The position numbers and the translations under genes were made by a program. This document shows, in pieces, positions 10,665 to 22,600 of a stretch of DNA of 64,000 bases. Below the pieces are notes generated by a model, which made no database searches, was not told the origin of the DNA, and saw nothing but the letters and a program-made list of their open reading frames with translations. The stretch is taken from IMG/VR virus record IMGVR_UViG_3300021255_000054; one strand, written 5' to 3'. The first letter of the stretch is position 1; every line of letters starts with the position of its first letter. This stretch comes from a virus. Lineage: Duplodnaviria > Caudoviricetes.

Positions 10665-10907
10665 ATGGCATATACTCCTACAACTTGGAGCGCTGGTGAT
10701 ACAATCACTAGCGCCAAATTAAATAAAATTGAATAGGGCATTGTAAATGCTGGCGAAAGTGCTGGCGTACTGATGGTTGATATTTTACATGAGGAAGTTA
10801 GCAACGGTACTAGATATTATACTAGTAAAACTTATAATGAGATCAAAGAAGCTTTTCTAAGTGGAAAAACGGTTATTATAAGAGAAGAAGTAGAAGAAGG
10901 GGAATAA
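10665..10907 (+). CDS. small tail-associated protein (WxxGDxIT..KLNKIEQG motif)
   Basis: MAYTPTTWSAGDTITSAKLNKIE(Q)GI; SD AGGAGG. Confidence 0.75.
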
Positions 10908-10913
10908 AAATAA

Positions 10914-11334
10914 ATGTATTACTATGGAACTGTATGGGAAATAAGTGATAACGGCGTATCTGGTAGGTTGGAGGATCCATTTTCAGGGAATGCAATGATA
11001 TCAAATGATTTAAATAGCCCATGCGAATATATAAAATATGTGGCTGATGATTAAAAATGATAATGTACTATATATTAGATGCTAACTATATATTAAATAA
11101 TCATCCATACTACGAGATTTATACAGGGAAAGTATTAGAGGCCGATCCTAATAATCCCGATTTGCCATATGAATTCATTCAAGGGGAGGTGTCTGAATGA
11201 TAATATATTATACGAAATTATCATTTATGTCAACTTCAAGTGAAAGTGTAACAATTCCAGCAAAAGTAGCAGGCTTCTTGCAATATGTATCCGATGATTC
11301 CCCACTTGAATATATTTACAGAGAAGAGCTTTAA
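10914..11334 (+). CDS. three tandem ~46-aa ORFs (10914-11054, 11057-11200, 11197-11334)
   Basis: Each begins M(xx)YY and ends ...PxE(Y/F)I; tightly packed. Confidence 0.5.
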
Positions 11335-11349
11335 TAGAGGTGATCTTAT

Positions 11350-12909
11350 ATGAGTAATTACATCACCCTTGAGCACTTAGATCAAACCGTTTGGTCCATT
11401 GTACAGAAAATCAACCAAGTAAAAGATTCTATTGCAGAAAGTGATCCAGTATTCGCGGCAAGCCCGGCCGCAGGGATTACTTAGAATTAGATTAATAATT
11501 GGAATAATAATATGTTTTCTTTAAATGCGCCAGAAAATGGCATAAGCTACTTATTATTGGGCGCAAATTCACAAAATGATCATTACGCATCTATATTACC
11601 AGTACACACATATGTTGATGATTCTACTGTAACCGTTTCGATCGGCGCTGATAATAAATCAGCATCTCTAGCATTTAGTACATATAATCAATATCGGTTA
11701 AATTTCACGCAGTCAAATATCACGAGCGATAGAACATATTATTTACCTGATAAAACAGGTACTATTGCACTTGATTCTGATATACCTACGCTCACATCAC
11801 TCGGGGCCGCGGCGAGTATTCATACTCATGGTAATATAACTAATGCTGGTGATATTACTACGAATGTAGCAATTGCAAGTGGCGATAGACTAGTTATTAA
11901 TGATGAAAGTCAAGCTGAATTAAATAATTCTAGTATTACGTTTGGTACTGATACTACTCAATATTTATCTAATAATGGCACTTGGCAGACCATTCCATCA
12001 TGGGCTTTAGCTTCAACTAAACCTACATATACAGCGAGTGAAGTCAATGCAGTACCTTACTTCGTCGAGGCTGGCCAAGGTGCGAGTACAGGTAAAATTA
12101 TTAATACAGCATCTTCTATTAAATTATTACAGTCTAAAGACTAGGCTGGAAATTCATCAATAACTATGCAAGGTTCTTCAGTAGAAGTATTAAGTTCAGC
12201 AACAAATGCTGCTTCTACATAGACCGCATCTATAATTTTATCAACACAAGCATATCACACAGCTAACGCAATACAAAATATTGTTTTATCTGATGGTACG
12301 ACTACTATTAATGGCGTAATAACTCCTACTTCTGACTCAATGGCGGCCAATAAAAAATATGTCGATGACGCAGTAGCATCTATTGATGCAGCAGCAAGTA
12401 GCCATACTCATGGTAATATTACTAATACAGGTGATATTACAACCATTGCAGCTATCGCTTCTGGTGATAGATTAGTTATTAATGATGAATCTGAAAGTAA
12501 ATTAAATAATTCAAGTATTACATTTGGTACGAAGACTACTTAGTATTTAGCTAATAATGGTACGTGGCAGAATTTAACACAATTATATAAGTATGCAGGC
12601 AGTGGAGATGGAAAAGTATCAGTAAATAGCAATCAAGTAACATTAGAAGCAAGCACGGAATCTCCTACATTTACACAAAATACATTAACCTTAACTGGTA
12701 CAGCAACTACTATTAAAAAAGTTGTAACTCCAACTGAAGATGGAGATGCTGCCAATAAGAAATATGTAGACGATACAGTAGCATCTGTCGCCGCATCTGG
12801 TGGAGTCTCTATTACCAATACACTGTCATCCGGCACACTAATTGCCACTATAAACGGAACTAATATATACGCGCCAGCTTATACTGATGCAGATGGGGTG
12901 AGTTACTAA
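11350..12909 (+). CDS. tail fibre protein with duplicated HTHGNITN domain
   Basis: Track ORFs 11512 and 12340 in frame; internal ~60-aa repeat; ends TAA. Confidence 0.85.
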
Positions 12910-13688
12910 TGGCAAAAGTTTTAGTAAGTGACCAATACTTAACTCAAATTGCTACTGCAATTCGTACCCTTAAGGGAGTAACTGATACATATACTCCCGC
13001 GCAAATGGCGCCAGCTATTAATGCTATTACCAAAAGAAGTAGTACTGACTTGACTATAAGCGGCGCAGCAGTAACTGCGCCAGCAGGCTATTATTCAGCT
13101 GATGCTTCTAAATCAGTCTCTACTATGACATTACCCACTGCGGCCGCATCATCCGCCACATCTGGCTTTACTTCAAAAGCAACAATAGGTCGTAGTACTT
13201 CTAATCAATATATAAATATCCCAGTAGGGTACAATAGCACTGGCGGATACTATACAATAAGCGCAACTCCAAATGGTACCGCAACTGCGCCCGCTTCTAT
13301 ATCAGGCACAGCCGCTACCGTATCTACTGGAACTAACACATTAACCTTAACTAAGTCTGTATCAGTTACTCCTTCGGTAACAGCAGGATATATAAGCGCC
13401 GGTACAGCCGGGAACTCCAACGTTACCTTAACCGCGAATGTTACTACAAAAGCCGCCGCAACCATAACTCCAGGCACTTCAAGCCAAACAATTGCGGCAG
13501 GTACTTATCTAACTGGCACGCAAACCATTACTGGTGATGCAGACTTAGTTGCTTCTAATATAATAAGCACTGCGAATATATTCGGTGTATAGGGAAGTGT
13601 AGTTGTGAATCATTATTATACAGGCACAACTGCGCCTGCCTCTTCTTTAGGATCTAATGGAGATATTTATTTACAAACAGGAGAGTGA
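12909..13688 (+). CDS. Thr/Ala/Ser-rich tail fibre protein
   Basis: Reads through TAG 13590 to TGA; C-terminal GSNGDIYLQ. Confidence 0.85.
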
Positions 13689-13692
13689 TTAA

Positions 13693-16071
13693 ATGCCTAA
13701 ACAAAGTAGTATAACGAATTCAATCACTTTCCATCCATCTGGATATGATAGTTCCCATTCATCCTATTCAAGCATAAGTAGCAGCTATCCTATCACCAAT
13801 GCATATGATAGCGCGTCTTCAACTAACTATGCATATATTACCTGTAACACAGGTTCATATGCATCTACATATGTATCCTTTACATTTGACGTATCAAATG
13901 TTCCATCTGAAGCTACAATAGATTCTGTAGAATGTACAGCAAAAGTGCGCGTAAGTTCTACATCATATATTAGTACGGCAGTACTTCAATTATATAATGG
14001 CGGCACTGCAAAAGGTTCTTCTACAAATGCGCGAACAACAACAGCAACAGAGTATAACTTAACTCCAGGTACTTGGACGCGTTCTGAATTAGATAATATT
14101 GAAGTAAGATATACAGGTACTCGTGGCTCAAGCAATAACACAAGGGCAGCCTATATATATTTCTATGGCGCCGATTTAGTAATTAATTATAGTGTCGATG
14201 GTATTTTGTATACAGTTACCGCAACAAGTACAGTTCAAGAAGTTACAGTTTCTCCTGCAACATAGGATATCCTACCAAATGGCACTGCCACTGTCATTAT
14301 AAATGCTAATGATATTAGTGATTATAATGTTACAGATAATGATGTAGATATTATAAATGAATTAGTTAGAGAATCTAATACACAATCAGGTACATTAAAT
14401 ACTAATTTAGGTGAATATACCTTAGTTAGTGGTAGTTTTAATAGCAACGCTACTTACTTTGCTAATATTGTAGGTAATGGTGAAGATGCAGCAACAACTT
14501 CTACAAGTGTATATTCTAGTGGTTCTGGAACAATTGCTGTCTTTACCTATGAAATGGGAATGACAGTACCATCAAATGCTATTATTAATCGCGTATGGTG
14601 TAACGTTAGCGCGCACGCGGAATCAACATCGAATGCTAATGAATATATGTGCGCCCAACTTATTAGCGGCAACACCGAGTTAAGTGAAGAACATAACTGG
14701 AAAGAAACTGGTACTACCAACACTACATACACCTTAGAAGCAACAACATTGCCAACAGCTTCACAACTTGCTTCAATGAAATTACAATGTCGTGTTGGTT
14801 ATTATGGCGGTGCGATCAATGGCGCGACCGCGTATGTTCAATATGAAATTCCAGGTACTGGCTATCATTATGTATATACAATTACTGACATTGCCGCGGA
14901 TCACGTAATCTTAGTTGATCTTGCGACCGCGTATATTCCGCCTGAAGAAGATCCGACATACACATACTGGCCTATAACAATATCCAGTATTAATGCGGAT
15001 ACCAATCCAGGTACAGGTACTACACGTGTCATAGAAGGTACTAATCAAACTATTACTATTACACCTACCGACCCATAGCTTACACTAGCTTTAGATAATG
15101 GTGTAGATATTACTTCTCAATTAGTTGGCGGCGTTCCTAATAACACTTATACAGTTACTACTCCTGCTTCAGCAGACTACGGTTTTAATTTAAATTCAAG
15201 TACTGGCTATTATGTTTCAACTAATGATGGCATTAATAAAAGTGCATCCATAGCCCGGGTTAACTTAGATTTAGAAAGTGACTGCTTGGTTACATTCACA
15301 TATATTAACTATGCAGAAGCCGGCTATGACTATGGTATGTTTGGTAAATTAGATACCCAAATTGCTTATGATGGCTTAACAGCTTCAAGCGGCTCTTCAG
15401 TTCCATCAGATAGTACATCTAATTATCAATATATATGTAGTAGTTCAAGTGACAATGTTAATAGTACGCGCACATTAACATATGAAGTATCTGCGGGTAC
15501 ACACTTTATAGAAGTAAAGTATGGTAAAGATGATGCTTCCAATAGCGGCAATGACTCATTACAGTGGAAGGTAGAATTAGAGGCTACTTCTGCTGGCGGC
15601 GAATATACATATACATTAACTAATATTACATAGAAACATAGCTTAATATTCGTATTTGGTAATGTTAGTTATTACTTTGTTACTTCAACTGGTACTGGTT
15701 GCCGCTTATTCCCTGATGGTTAGCAAGTTAAACTTGAGGGTCAAGGCTATATAATTAATATAGTACCCGATGATATTGCTTATAAAGTATCAATCACAGA
15801 TAACAATGTTGATAAAACATCAGAACTCGCGCGATTAGATGGCGTAGATAAAAATAATAATGCAGTTGTTAGTTATAGTTATGCGTTAACAAACATTACA
15901 GCAACACATAATTTAAACATTATATGCGAACCATCGAATGAGTTATTCTGGAAATCAAATGGCGCTTGGATTAAAGTAACAAAAATATATTATAAAGAGA
16001 ATGGAGATTGGCGCGAAAAAGACATTACTTTCTTGAGTGATCAAAATCTTCAAAATTTTGTATAGGGATGA
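13693..16071 (+). CDS. large beta-rich virion/adhesin-like protein (~792 aa)
   Basis: Track ORFs 13693, 14554 and 15286 share a frame; the gaps contain only TAG. Confidence 0.85.
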
Positions 16072-16092
16072 TGAAAATCATCCCTCTTTTTT
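16064..16092 (+). terminator. rho-independent terminator
   Basis: AGGGATGAT-GAAA-ATCATCCCT followed by a T-tract. Confidence 0.75.
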
Positions 16093-16094
16093 AT

Positions 16095-16122
16095 TTGACT
16101 TTCTTTAATTTTATGGTATAAT
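16095..16122 (+). promoter_or_regulatory. sigmaA promoter
   Basis: TTGACT-16-TATAAT with TGn, then AGAAAGGAG. Confidence 0.65.
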
Positions 16123-16143
16123 TAAATTAAGAAAGGAGATAGA

Positions 16144-16401
16144 ATGATGGATTATACACCAGAGCAATTAAGAATAATCACGCGAATTCATAAGAATGAT
16201 TGGGTTGAAGAAGAATGGCAAGATATTCAAAAGAAACTACATCGTCAAGCACAAGATGGTGAATATAGGGCAGTTATTGGGCATATATGTCCAGAAAATA
16301 TTGAAAAGTTGCGTGCCGCAGGCTTTTCAGTAAATAGTTATCCTGGTAGTGTAGTAAATTGTCATACATATGAAATAGATTGGAGTGAAGATAATGGATA
16401 A
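16144..16401 (+). CDS. hypothetical protein
   Basis: ORF with strong SD. Confidence 0.75.
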   Translation: MMDYTPEQLRIITRIHKNDWVEEEWQDIQKKLHRQAQDGEYRAVIGHICPENIEKLRAAGFSVNSYPGSVVNCHTYEIDWSEDNG

Positions 16402-17170
16402 TACTAGTCTTGGAGATAGAATGAAAACTTATGAAGGAGTTGAGCGCAGATACCTAACTCGGCGCGAACCCCTTATTGTTCGTATTGATGGCGTACATTT
16501 TCATAGCTTTACAAAAGGATTCGAGCGCCCATTTGATGAGGTATTTCTTACCTGTATGCGTAATACTATGCTTGAGTTATGTAGAAATATTCAGGGCGCG
16601 CGACTTGGATATACCCAATCTGACGAAATCTCACTTCTTCTACTTGATGATGACACTATTGAAACTGAGCCTTGGTTTAAGAAGAACATTCAAAAGATTG
16701 TAAGTGTTTCCGCCGCAATGGCTACTTTCTTCTTTAATAAAGAATTTGATTTGGCGTGTGCTACTTCGCAAGCATCTAGTGGTATGATGGACGCCTATAT
16801 TAAAAATAAGATGGCAATCTTTGACGCTCGCGCATTCATCCTTCCTCGTGAAGAAGTTATGAATTATTTTGTTTGGCGCCAGCAGGATTGTACGCGCAAT
16901 TCTATTCAGTCTGTCGGTCAGACTTACTTCTCTCATAATCAGCTTTTCGGCAAGTCTTGTAATGATATTCAGAATATGCTTCTAACAGAGCATAATATCA
17001 ATTGGAATGATTATGAAATTGCTCTAAAGCGTGGTGTTTGCGCGCGAAGGGTTAAGAAAAATCTGCTTCATACAACTTGGGAACTTGATATGAGTATTCC
17101 TATCTTTAATCAGCAACCTGATTATGTTGAGGATATTGTATATCATAGAGGAGACTATGGGGTTATTTAA
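16394..17170 (+). CDS. thg1: tRNA-His guanylyltransferase / Thg1-like protein (3'-5' polymerase)
   Basis: LGDRMKxYE, VRIDGxxFHxFT, GYTQSDEISL, FDAR, YFxWRQxDCxRNS motifs; no TAG. Confidence 0.92.
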   Translation: MDNTSLGDRMKTYEGVERRYLTRREPLIVRIDGVHFHSFTKGFERPFDEVFLTCMRNTMLELCRNIQGARLGYTQSDEISLLLLDDDTIETEPWFKKNIQKIVSVSAAMATFFFNKEFDLACATSQASSGMMDAYIKNKMAIFDARAFILPREEVMNYFVWRQQDCTRNSIQSVGQTYFSHNQLFGKSCNDIQNMLLTEHNINWNDYEIALKRGVCARRVKKNLLHTTWELDMSIPIFNQQPDYVEDIVYHRGDYGVI

Positions 17171-17615
17171 AAGAAAGAAGAAGGAACCAGAACTCGCGCC
17201 CGAACCAGAACCAGTGAAAACCCCGTGTGAAATTTTTGGGCATATGTGGCAGGATTTTCCCTGGTTTATTGTATCTAAATATGACGCGGATAAGGTGTGC
17301 CCTTCTCAAATTCTAGTAAAAGAAATATATGTATGCCGTATTTGTCACGAAACGAAAGAAGTCACTCTTTCAGAATATGTTTCTGATTGTAAGCATAGGG
17401 AACACGTGGACAGAGTAGAAGCAATAAAAGAAGAATTAAAAGACCATATTAAACCGCAAGAAGTAGTAATGGATATGGTTCATGATACTATTTTAGTTGA
17501 TAGAGAAAAATTAAAGTATTGGGAGCAGCTTCACGCGCCCAAGGAGAATAAAAATGAAACCACTAATAGATCAAGCGAAACTACTACAGACCTTGGTTAC
17601 GTCGTACGACGTTGA
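17157..17615 (+). CDS. hypothetical protein (CxxFGHxW...CxxC)
   Basis: ORF track, ATG 17157. Confidence 0.7.
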   Translation: MGLFKRKKKEPELAPEPEPVKTPCEIFGHMWQDFPWFIVSKYDADKVCPSQILVKEIYVCRICHETKEVTLSEYVSDCKHREHVDRVEAIKEELKDHIKPQEVVMDMVHDTILVDREKLKYWEQLHAPKENKNETTNRSSETTTDLGYVVRR

Positions 17616-17868
17616 AGCGGGCGAGAAGGTCTCAGTAGCTAAGATATATAATATGATATTAAGCGCGCCACTTGAATATCATAGTGAAGGATATTGGTAT
17701 CCAGCAATGGATGGAAATGGGTGGCGCTGCTCTATTTGCGGCCACGATATTTGTTATAATACATTCGAAGGCGATGATGAATGTTATTGTAAATCTTGTG
17801 GCTCATATATGGTTAATCATAATGAGTTTATGTTAGATAATAAAAAAAGGGAATTTGGATTAGTATGA
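17554..17868 (+). CDS. Zn-ribbon phage protein
   Basis: CSICG...YCKSCG. Confidence 0.7.
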   Translation: MKPLIDQAKLLQTLVTSYDVEAGEKVSVAKIYNMILSAPLEYHSEGYWYPAMDGNGWRCSICGHDICYNTFEGDDECYCKSCGSYMVNHNEFMLDNKKREFGLV

Positions 17869-18200
17869 GTAATTATATTTGTCCGCGTTGCGGGAAATCT
17901 GATTATTATGAATTATATAGGACGAGCACACTAATAGGATGGCAGCCGCACTATGTTAATGGGGAACTTGTAAATGAAGATCCTAATTATCATAATGTAG
18001 TATGCTGTTGTATTCAATGCGGTAAGCAGTTTTCTGCGCGCGAAGAACCAAAATTTTCGCGCACTCCAAGGCGTGATATCAAGGCCGATAGGGCTAAGTA
18101 TGTTCAGGAAGTAATGACAAAGCATCAGTGTCCAGTATGCGGATACTTATACTTCGCATTTACCGATGATGCAGAATGTCCTAATTGTAAGGGAGAATAA
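17865..18200 (+). CDS. multi-Zn-finger protein
   Basis: Four CxxC pairs. Confidence 0.75.
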   Translation: MSNYICPRCGKSDYYELYRTSTLIGWQPHYVNGELVNEDPNYHNVVCCCIQCGKQFSAREEPKFSRTPRRDIKADRAKYVQEVMTKHQCPVCGYLYFAFTDDAECPNCKGE

Positions 18201-18202
18201 TA

Positions 18203-18334
18203 ATGAAAGAGATATTGTGTCGAGTATTAAATCGCCATAAATGGCAAGCATTAGGTACTTCTCGTGACGGTTTATATCGGCGCTATACTTGTACTAGATG
18301 CGGAATGGAAAAATGGCGAAGAATTTTTTCTTGA
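18203..18334 (+). CDS. small Cys/His protein (LCxxxxxHKW...CxRCG)
   Basis: Manual translation, 43 aa. Confidence 0.55.
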   Translation: MKEILCRVLNRHKWQALGTSRDGLYRRYTCTRCGMEKWRRIFS

Positions 18335-18359
18335 CTTTTATTTAAATTTATATTATAAT
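18331..18359 (+). promoter_or_regulatory. sigmaA promoter
   Basis: TTGACT-17-TATAAT. Confidence 0.75.
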
Positions 18360-18380
18360 TTAATTGAAAGGAGCGAGAAG

Positions 18381-18554
18381 ATGAAAATTTTTAAACGTTT
18401 CGAAGAGGAAGATTTGCGGCAGTTAGTAGCAGAGAAGTTACATATTGATATTAATAAGGTAACTGCCAACTACACTGAAGAATGGGAAGATGAGCATTAT
18501 GAGCCGGTCTTCTATATTGAGGTGGAAGAAGATGGAAGAAGACCGGATTGTTGA
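18381..18554 (+). CDS. small acidic protein
   Basis: SD AAAGGAG, ATG 18381. Confidence 0.7.
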   Translation: MKIFKRFEEEDLRQLVAEKLHIDINKVTANYTEEWEDEHYEPVFYIEVEEDGRRPDC

Positions 18555-18726
18555 TATATTAGTAACGCTTGCCATATTACTTATCCTCATTCTTAAACTT
18601 TGTGGCGTTATTAAATTGTCTTGGTTTTGGATTTTATCACCGATTTGGATTGTACTTTCATTTGGTTTATTGTTGGCGTTAGCTTTTATGATTGTTATGA
18701 TAATAGAAGGAGTATATTGGAAATGA
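18532..18726 (+). CDS. small membrane protein (LKLxGxIxxSWxWxxSPIW)
   Basis: Hydrophobic; motif typical of small phage TM proteins. Confidence 0.7.
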   Translation: MEEDRIVDILVTLAILLILILKLCGVIKLSWFWILSPIWIVLSFGLLLALAFMIVMIIEGVYWK

Positions 18727-19151
18727 CTTTTGGTATTAATAAGGATATGTGTCAGTTTTTTGTTAAAGAAGAGGAACGAACTATTGTATGTAAGATTCCG
18801 AATACTACATACAAACTAATTGAATACCTTGATGAGAGGTTTGATTGGGATGATATTATGTTTGATTGTACTGAGAAGGTATTCGATGAACTAAAGATGC
18901 CTGGTTGGTTTATTGGCAAGGCTGTATGCGCTGATAACGATGAATGGGATGAAGAACTAGGCAAGGATATTGCTTTTATGCGCGCGAAGGATAAGTTCTA
19001 TAAGTGTTTCTTTAAGCGCGCACAGCAGTATGTGAATAGGATTGAACTGCGGCTGACTGAGCTATGTGATGAATTTAATAATATTGGTGAGAAAGTTAGC
19101 ACTAAGATGAGTGATAAAAAGCGCTCCATTGATGAACGACTGGGAGATTAA
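18723..19151 (+). CDS. hypothetical phage protein (GxAxCxxxDxWDxExGxxIA motif)
   Basis: ORF track. Confidence 0.75.
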   Translation: MTFGINKDMCQFFVKEEERTIVCKIPNTTYKLIEYLDERFDWDDIMFDCTEKVFDELKMPGWFIGKAVCADNDEWDEELGKDIAFMRAKDKFYKCFFKRAQQYVNRIELRLTELCDEFNNIGEKVSTKMSDKKRSIDERLGD

Positions 19152-19153
19152 GT

Positions 19154-19579
19154 GTGAATATACGATATTTTAAATTTGCCAAGCAAGCTTCTTTGAAGGC
19201 TACTTATCAAGGTTCTAATAATTTCGCGCCAGCTATTGGCGCTATTGCGGTCTATAAAGGAAGTATTGTAGCAGAGGCTTGGAACTCAGATAAGACTTCA
19301 CCTTTGCAGGCAAAATATAATATATATCGTTTTCGCGCGAATACCCCAGATAAAACTCATTGTGAAACCCAATTGGTACAGAAGCTCCGGTGGAAGTTTG
19401 GAGACAGTATTGATTGGGGTAAAGTACATATTTATTTGTATCGAGCACATAAAGATGGCTCACTTGCACTTGCTCGTCCTTGTGCTTCTTGTATCGCAAT
19501 GTTTTTGGATTTTAAAATTAAACATATCTACTATACAACTGAAAATGGATATGCAGAAGAATATTTGAGCGGCAATTAA
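19154..19579 (+). CDS. Zn-dependent cytidine/dCMP deaminase-like protein
   Basis: HxE (HCE) and PCxxC (PCASC) motifs. Confidence 0.85.
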   Translation: MNIRYFKFAKQASLKATYQGSNNFAPAIGAIAVYKGSIVAEAWNSDKTSPLQAKYNIYRFRANTPDKTHCETQLVQKLRWKFGDSIDWGKVHIYLYRAHKDGSLALARPCASCIAMFLDFKIKHIYYTTENGYAEEYLSGN

Positions 19580-19596
19580 GCCGCTTATTTTTTTTA
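19567..19596 (+). terminator. rho-independent terminator
   Basis: AGCGGC-AATTAA-GCCGCT followed by a T-tract. Confidence 0.7.
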
Positions 19597-19696
19597 TTTA
19601 TTGGGAAAAAGAAAGAGTTGTTTTGTACTTTTGGAAATACAAAAATATAGAGAAAAGTCATTGTACTTTTCAATTTGAGAAAAAGGAGGTAATGGT

Positions 19697-22600
19697 ATGG
19701 CGTATGAAAAATTCAATCCTACGACTTATAGTAATTCTACTTGGTCTACTGGAGACCCAATTACGTAGGAACGAATGAATAAAATTGAGACGGGTATAAA
19801 TCAAGTTACGCAAGATGTTATTAAAGTTGATTCTAATGCTGATGCTTTATATGATAGTATTGCCGAAATAGATACTATAGCACGTAATGCGGGTACTACA
19901 GCGAGTAATGCTTAGACATTAGCTTAGTCAGTATCAAATGAACTGCCTGCAATAGATTAGAAGGCATCACATGGTGAATCTGCTTATAGTGCATTATCTG
20001 CAGGTATAACTGAATTTAATGCCCCGAGTATGGGTTTGCTGATGAATACTATTAAAACTTATATCAACACTGAGAATAGTACATAGAATAGTACAATCAG
20101 TTCTCATACTACAGATATAGGCGCTTTACAAGGCGTTATTCAAAACGCTATCATTGCAACACGTAATAATGCAGTTGTAGCAAGTTCTCCAATAGAAACT
20201 CTCGCGGCTCGTATCTTAAATCTTTATGATACTATTAGAGCAGTAGATGATAGAGTTACAACTATTGGTCAAAATACTAATGACACTGCCGGTATGATTC
20301 GTGATGAAAAATATTCTAGCCGTTTAGATGCGTTAGATGGCGGAAAAGAAACTGTTTATTCTGGTAAAACTGTACCTGAAATTAATTAGGAATTAAATGA
20401 TGCTCATACTTCTACTGCTATTAAAACTAATAATAAAGATACTGTTTATAATAGTTTAGATGAACGTTTGGAAGCATCAGAAAATAAGTTAGTAACAGTA
20501 GAAAATGAAGTTGTAACTGCTCGTGGTTCTAGTGCAAGTTTAAATGTTCGTTTAAGTCAAATTGATGGTTCAGGCGCAAATACTCAGGCTACTAGAATTA
20601 GTAATCTTGAAAATGAGGTTACTACTGCGCGTGGTGAAAGCGATAATTTAAATGCTAGATTAAATACTATGCTTACTACTAATGATGTTAAAAATAATTT
20701 ATAGTATGTAAGTACTGGTGCTGATGATCGCTCTGTATTACATGCGGCGTAGGGTAAAGCATTAAATGATAGATTAACATTAGCTGAGCAAGAAATTGCA
20801 AATGCGCATCGTGAATTAGGTACTGATCCAGAGACTGGAAACGCTATTGTTGATACATTAGATAAGCGTTTCGATGAATTAGAAGAAAGCGTTGCTGGTA
20901 TTGATAATATATTAGATGGCGCATTAGTTTCTTCCATCGTGCGTACTCCCGGTGAGAATGACGGAGATCCAGATACTGATACTACATATGCTAATTTGGA
21001 TGCACGTTTAGAAGCAATTGAATCTCACGCAGCCGCAGTTCGTACCGATGTTAATGCTATGGCGGAAGAATTAGATATGCTTGATGGTACTGCTATTAAA
21101 AATACTAATACTAGAATTGATAGTATTGAGGGCGAGATTGATGCAGCTCATCGTACTGATGATGATACATTAAGTGCTCGTTTTAGTGCGGTTGAATCAG
21201 GCGTTTCTGGTTTAAATTCTACTATTACTAATGCAGAAACTGGTCTTGCTAAGACAAAAGAAATTGCTGATGAAGCTTTAGATAAAGCAAATAAAGCGGC
21301 AGTGGCTACTGAGGTTACTAGTGCATTAGCGGGTAAGGCTTCTACTTAGAGTGTAAGTGACTTATCTGATAGAGTGACTACACTAGAAGAATCAGGGACT
21401 GTTGTAATAGATAATGTTACTTATGATAATGATGGTAATCCTAGTAATATAGGAACTACACCATCTCCAGATGTAGATTATTTATTAAAGAAAGGTGACA
21501 AATATTATTATTGGAAATATATTCCAAATAATACAGTTCCAGTAACATATACATGGGCTTTAATCAGTGGTGGTTCTAGTGAAGGTGGCGGCGGAACCTC
21601 ATCTGCATAGATTGTAGCTACTTTACCCGCGGCTGAAGCAGCTGATATAAATACTGATTATTATGTAGGAAATAATAATGATGGATACTTACATTATCGT
21701 TATATTGAACAGAGTGGAAGTTCTACATTATTACCAATATTAATTGGCGTTGATCCTGCTAAGTTAAAAACATATAATATGATTAAGACTACTGGTGGTA
21801 CTGAATCAGAGCCTATTAATTATTTGGATCTATATGAATTTAATTATGGTGAAAGTAATACTTTAAGAGACGACGATTTGCCTTCAGATACTAAACGTAT
21901 CGCTCATATTGTACTTCCACAAGGTGGCGGCGGTAGTGCTACTACAGCTAATACCAAGTTAGTACGTATTGCGCCAACTTCAATTACTACTATCTTTAAT
22001 AAGCAAGGCATCTTTTTAAGATTCTTTTATTCTTGCTATGACAACAGTGGAGAGTCTCATGAAGGTACCTATTCATTACGTAATAGTAATAATATTGAAC
22101 TATTAACAGGTAAAATTAATAGTGGTGCAATTGATGCTACAGTAAATGGATGGCCCGAGGGACGTGCGGATGGAATTACATATGATGATGGATATGTTTC
22201 TCTTAATGTAGAATCATTCTGTAGATTAGGTATGAATACTTTTAATTTAGTAATGACTACCGGTACAAATGAAACTCTTTATCGTCAATATACAGTTGAT
22301 ATTAAAGAATTACGTTTGGAATCTAATGCACCAGAAACATTAATCACTGATTTAAATTCTACTGCTGAATTAGTCTATACACCTTTTGGCGCACTAGAAA
22401 AATATTTACATGTATCTGTTGATGACAATGAAATTGATACAGTACTTTTACGCGCGAATAATACTGGTAATGAATTAACATATAATATTCCTGCTTAGGC
22501 GCAAGGGCATCATAAAATACAATTTTATCTTTCTACTGAACTTAATGGTAAGACAATCAATACTGATCCACCAATCACTAGAGATTATATTTGGCGTGAT

